Of a DNA stretch of 64,000 bases, positions 63,727 to 64,000 are shown in pieces (position 1 is the first letter of the stretch; each line of letters opens with the position of its first letter). Under the pieces are notes generated by a model that did no database searches, was not told the origin of the DNA, and was given only the letters and a program-made list of their open reading frames with translations. Origin of the DNA: a virus; the IMG/VR virus record IMGVR_UViG_3300034683_000333. The stretch is one strand, 5' to 3'. Position numbers and translations under genes: made by a program.

Positions 63727-64000
63727 TTAAAACCTCCAAATAACTTTTTTAACTGCATTTACACAATACTTTGATTTGTTACTATACCAAATATCAACAT
63801 ATATACTACAATATTTAACCAACGCCTCACTATGTAACTTATAATCTATCTTAGATTTGTCCCACCACTTATGAAACTGCTTAGAGTTATACTGTGCCAA
63901 TTTACCAGCATGTCGATAGTTAAATTTCTCTCCATCCCACCAAACATCAAAATACTCTGAGCAATACTTAGGTAAATATCCAGAATCTTTTTTCCAATTG
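63727..64000 (-). CDS. Hypothetical protein, 5'-partial
   Basis: Open frame to TAA 63727 with repeated KYCS.Y.D.W motifs. Confidence 0.6.
   Translation of the reverse strand, partial: NWKKDSGYLPKYCSEYFDVWWDGEKFNYRHAGKLAQYNSKQFHKWWDKSKIDYKLHSEALVKYCSIYVDIWYSNKSKYCVNAVKKVIWRF

Noticed and set aside
1-64000. Genome-wide TGA recoding (code 4 or 25)
   Set aside because: TGA forms many ATGA overlaps (11094, 19742, 21689, 41062, 59467, 63274), ends dUTPase at its natural terminus, and precedes terminators. In-frame neighbours at 24801 and 40736 have their own clear RBS; 8288 has a GAGG, and 32829 is less clear.
1-64000. TAG=Gln (standard code 15)
   Set aside because: Disfavoured but not formally excluded. 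Gln fits poorly in SIPF*LKRGF, F*CxxC, GY*V and ASK*VD, and the tRNA lacks the G73 and weak 1:72 GlnRS identity.
1-64000. CRISPR array, rRNA, release factor or capsid/terminase genes
   Set aside because: No regularly spaced repeats or recognisable motifs were found. The PD-(D/E)XK gene sits in a replication operon and is not evidence of a cas locus.

Overview
This is a gene-dense, AT-rich segment of a large tailed (jumbo-type) dsDNA phage. The supplied ORF track is fragmented because the phage reads TAG as a sense codon. I traced more than 50 in-frame TAGs by hand. Reading through them joins fragments into coherent genes, including proteins of 1498 aa and 1537 aa, and restores the RuvC catalytic motif. 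The window encodes an amber suppressor tRNA (anticodon CUA, 30089-30165), a divergent tryptophanyl-tRNA synthetase (60503-61729) and a CCA-adding enzyme. TAG falls where an aromatic residue is expected, so the best-supported model is TAG=Trp through a phage-encoded TrpRS/tRNA(CUA) pair, rather than the familiar TAG=Gln code 15. Tyr is the main alternative and cannot be excluded without alignments or proteomics. Most core replication genes are TAG-free, and a few early-type genes still end on TAG. Other content: split family-B DNA polymerase, RecA/UvsX, Mre11-like, FEN/RNase H-like, PD-(D/E)XK and RuvC nucleases, dUTPase, dCMP deaminase, three heptose-pathway genes, a MoxR/VWA cassette, MucR, a lytic transglycosylase, three IS200/IS605-family elements (two nested) and an orphan TnpB omega-RNA fused to an ssb 5' fragment. 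All family calls are from motif recognition, not database searches.
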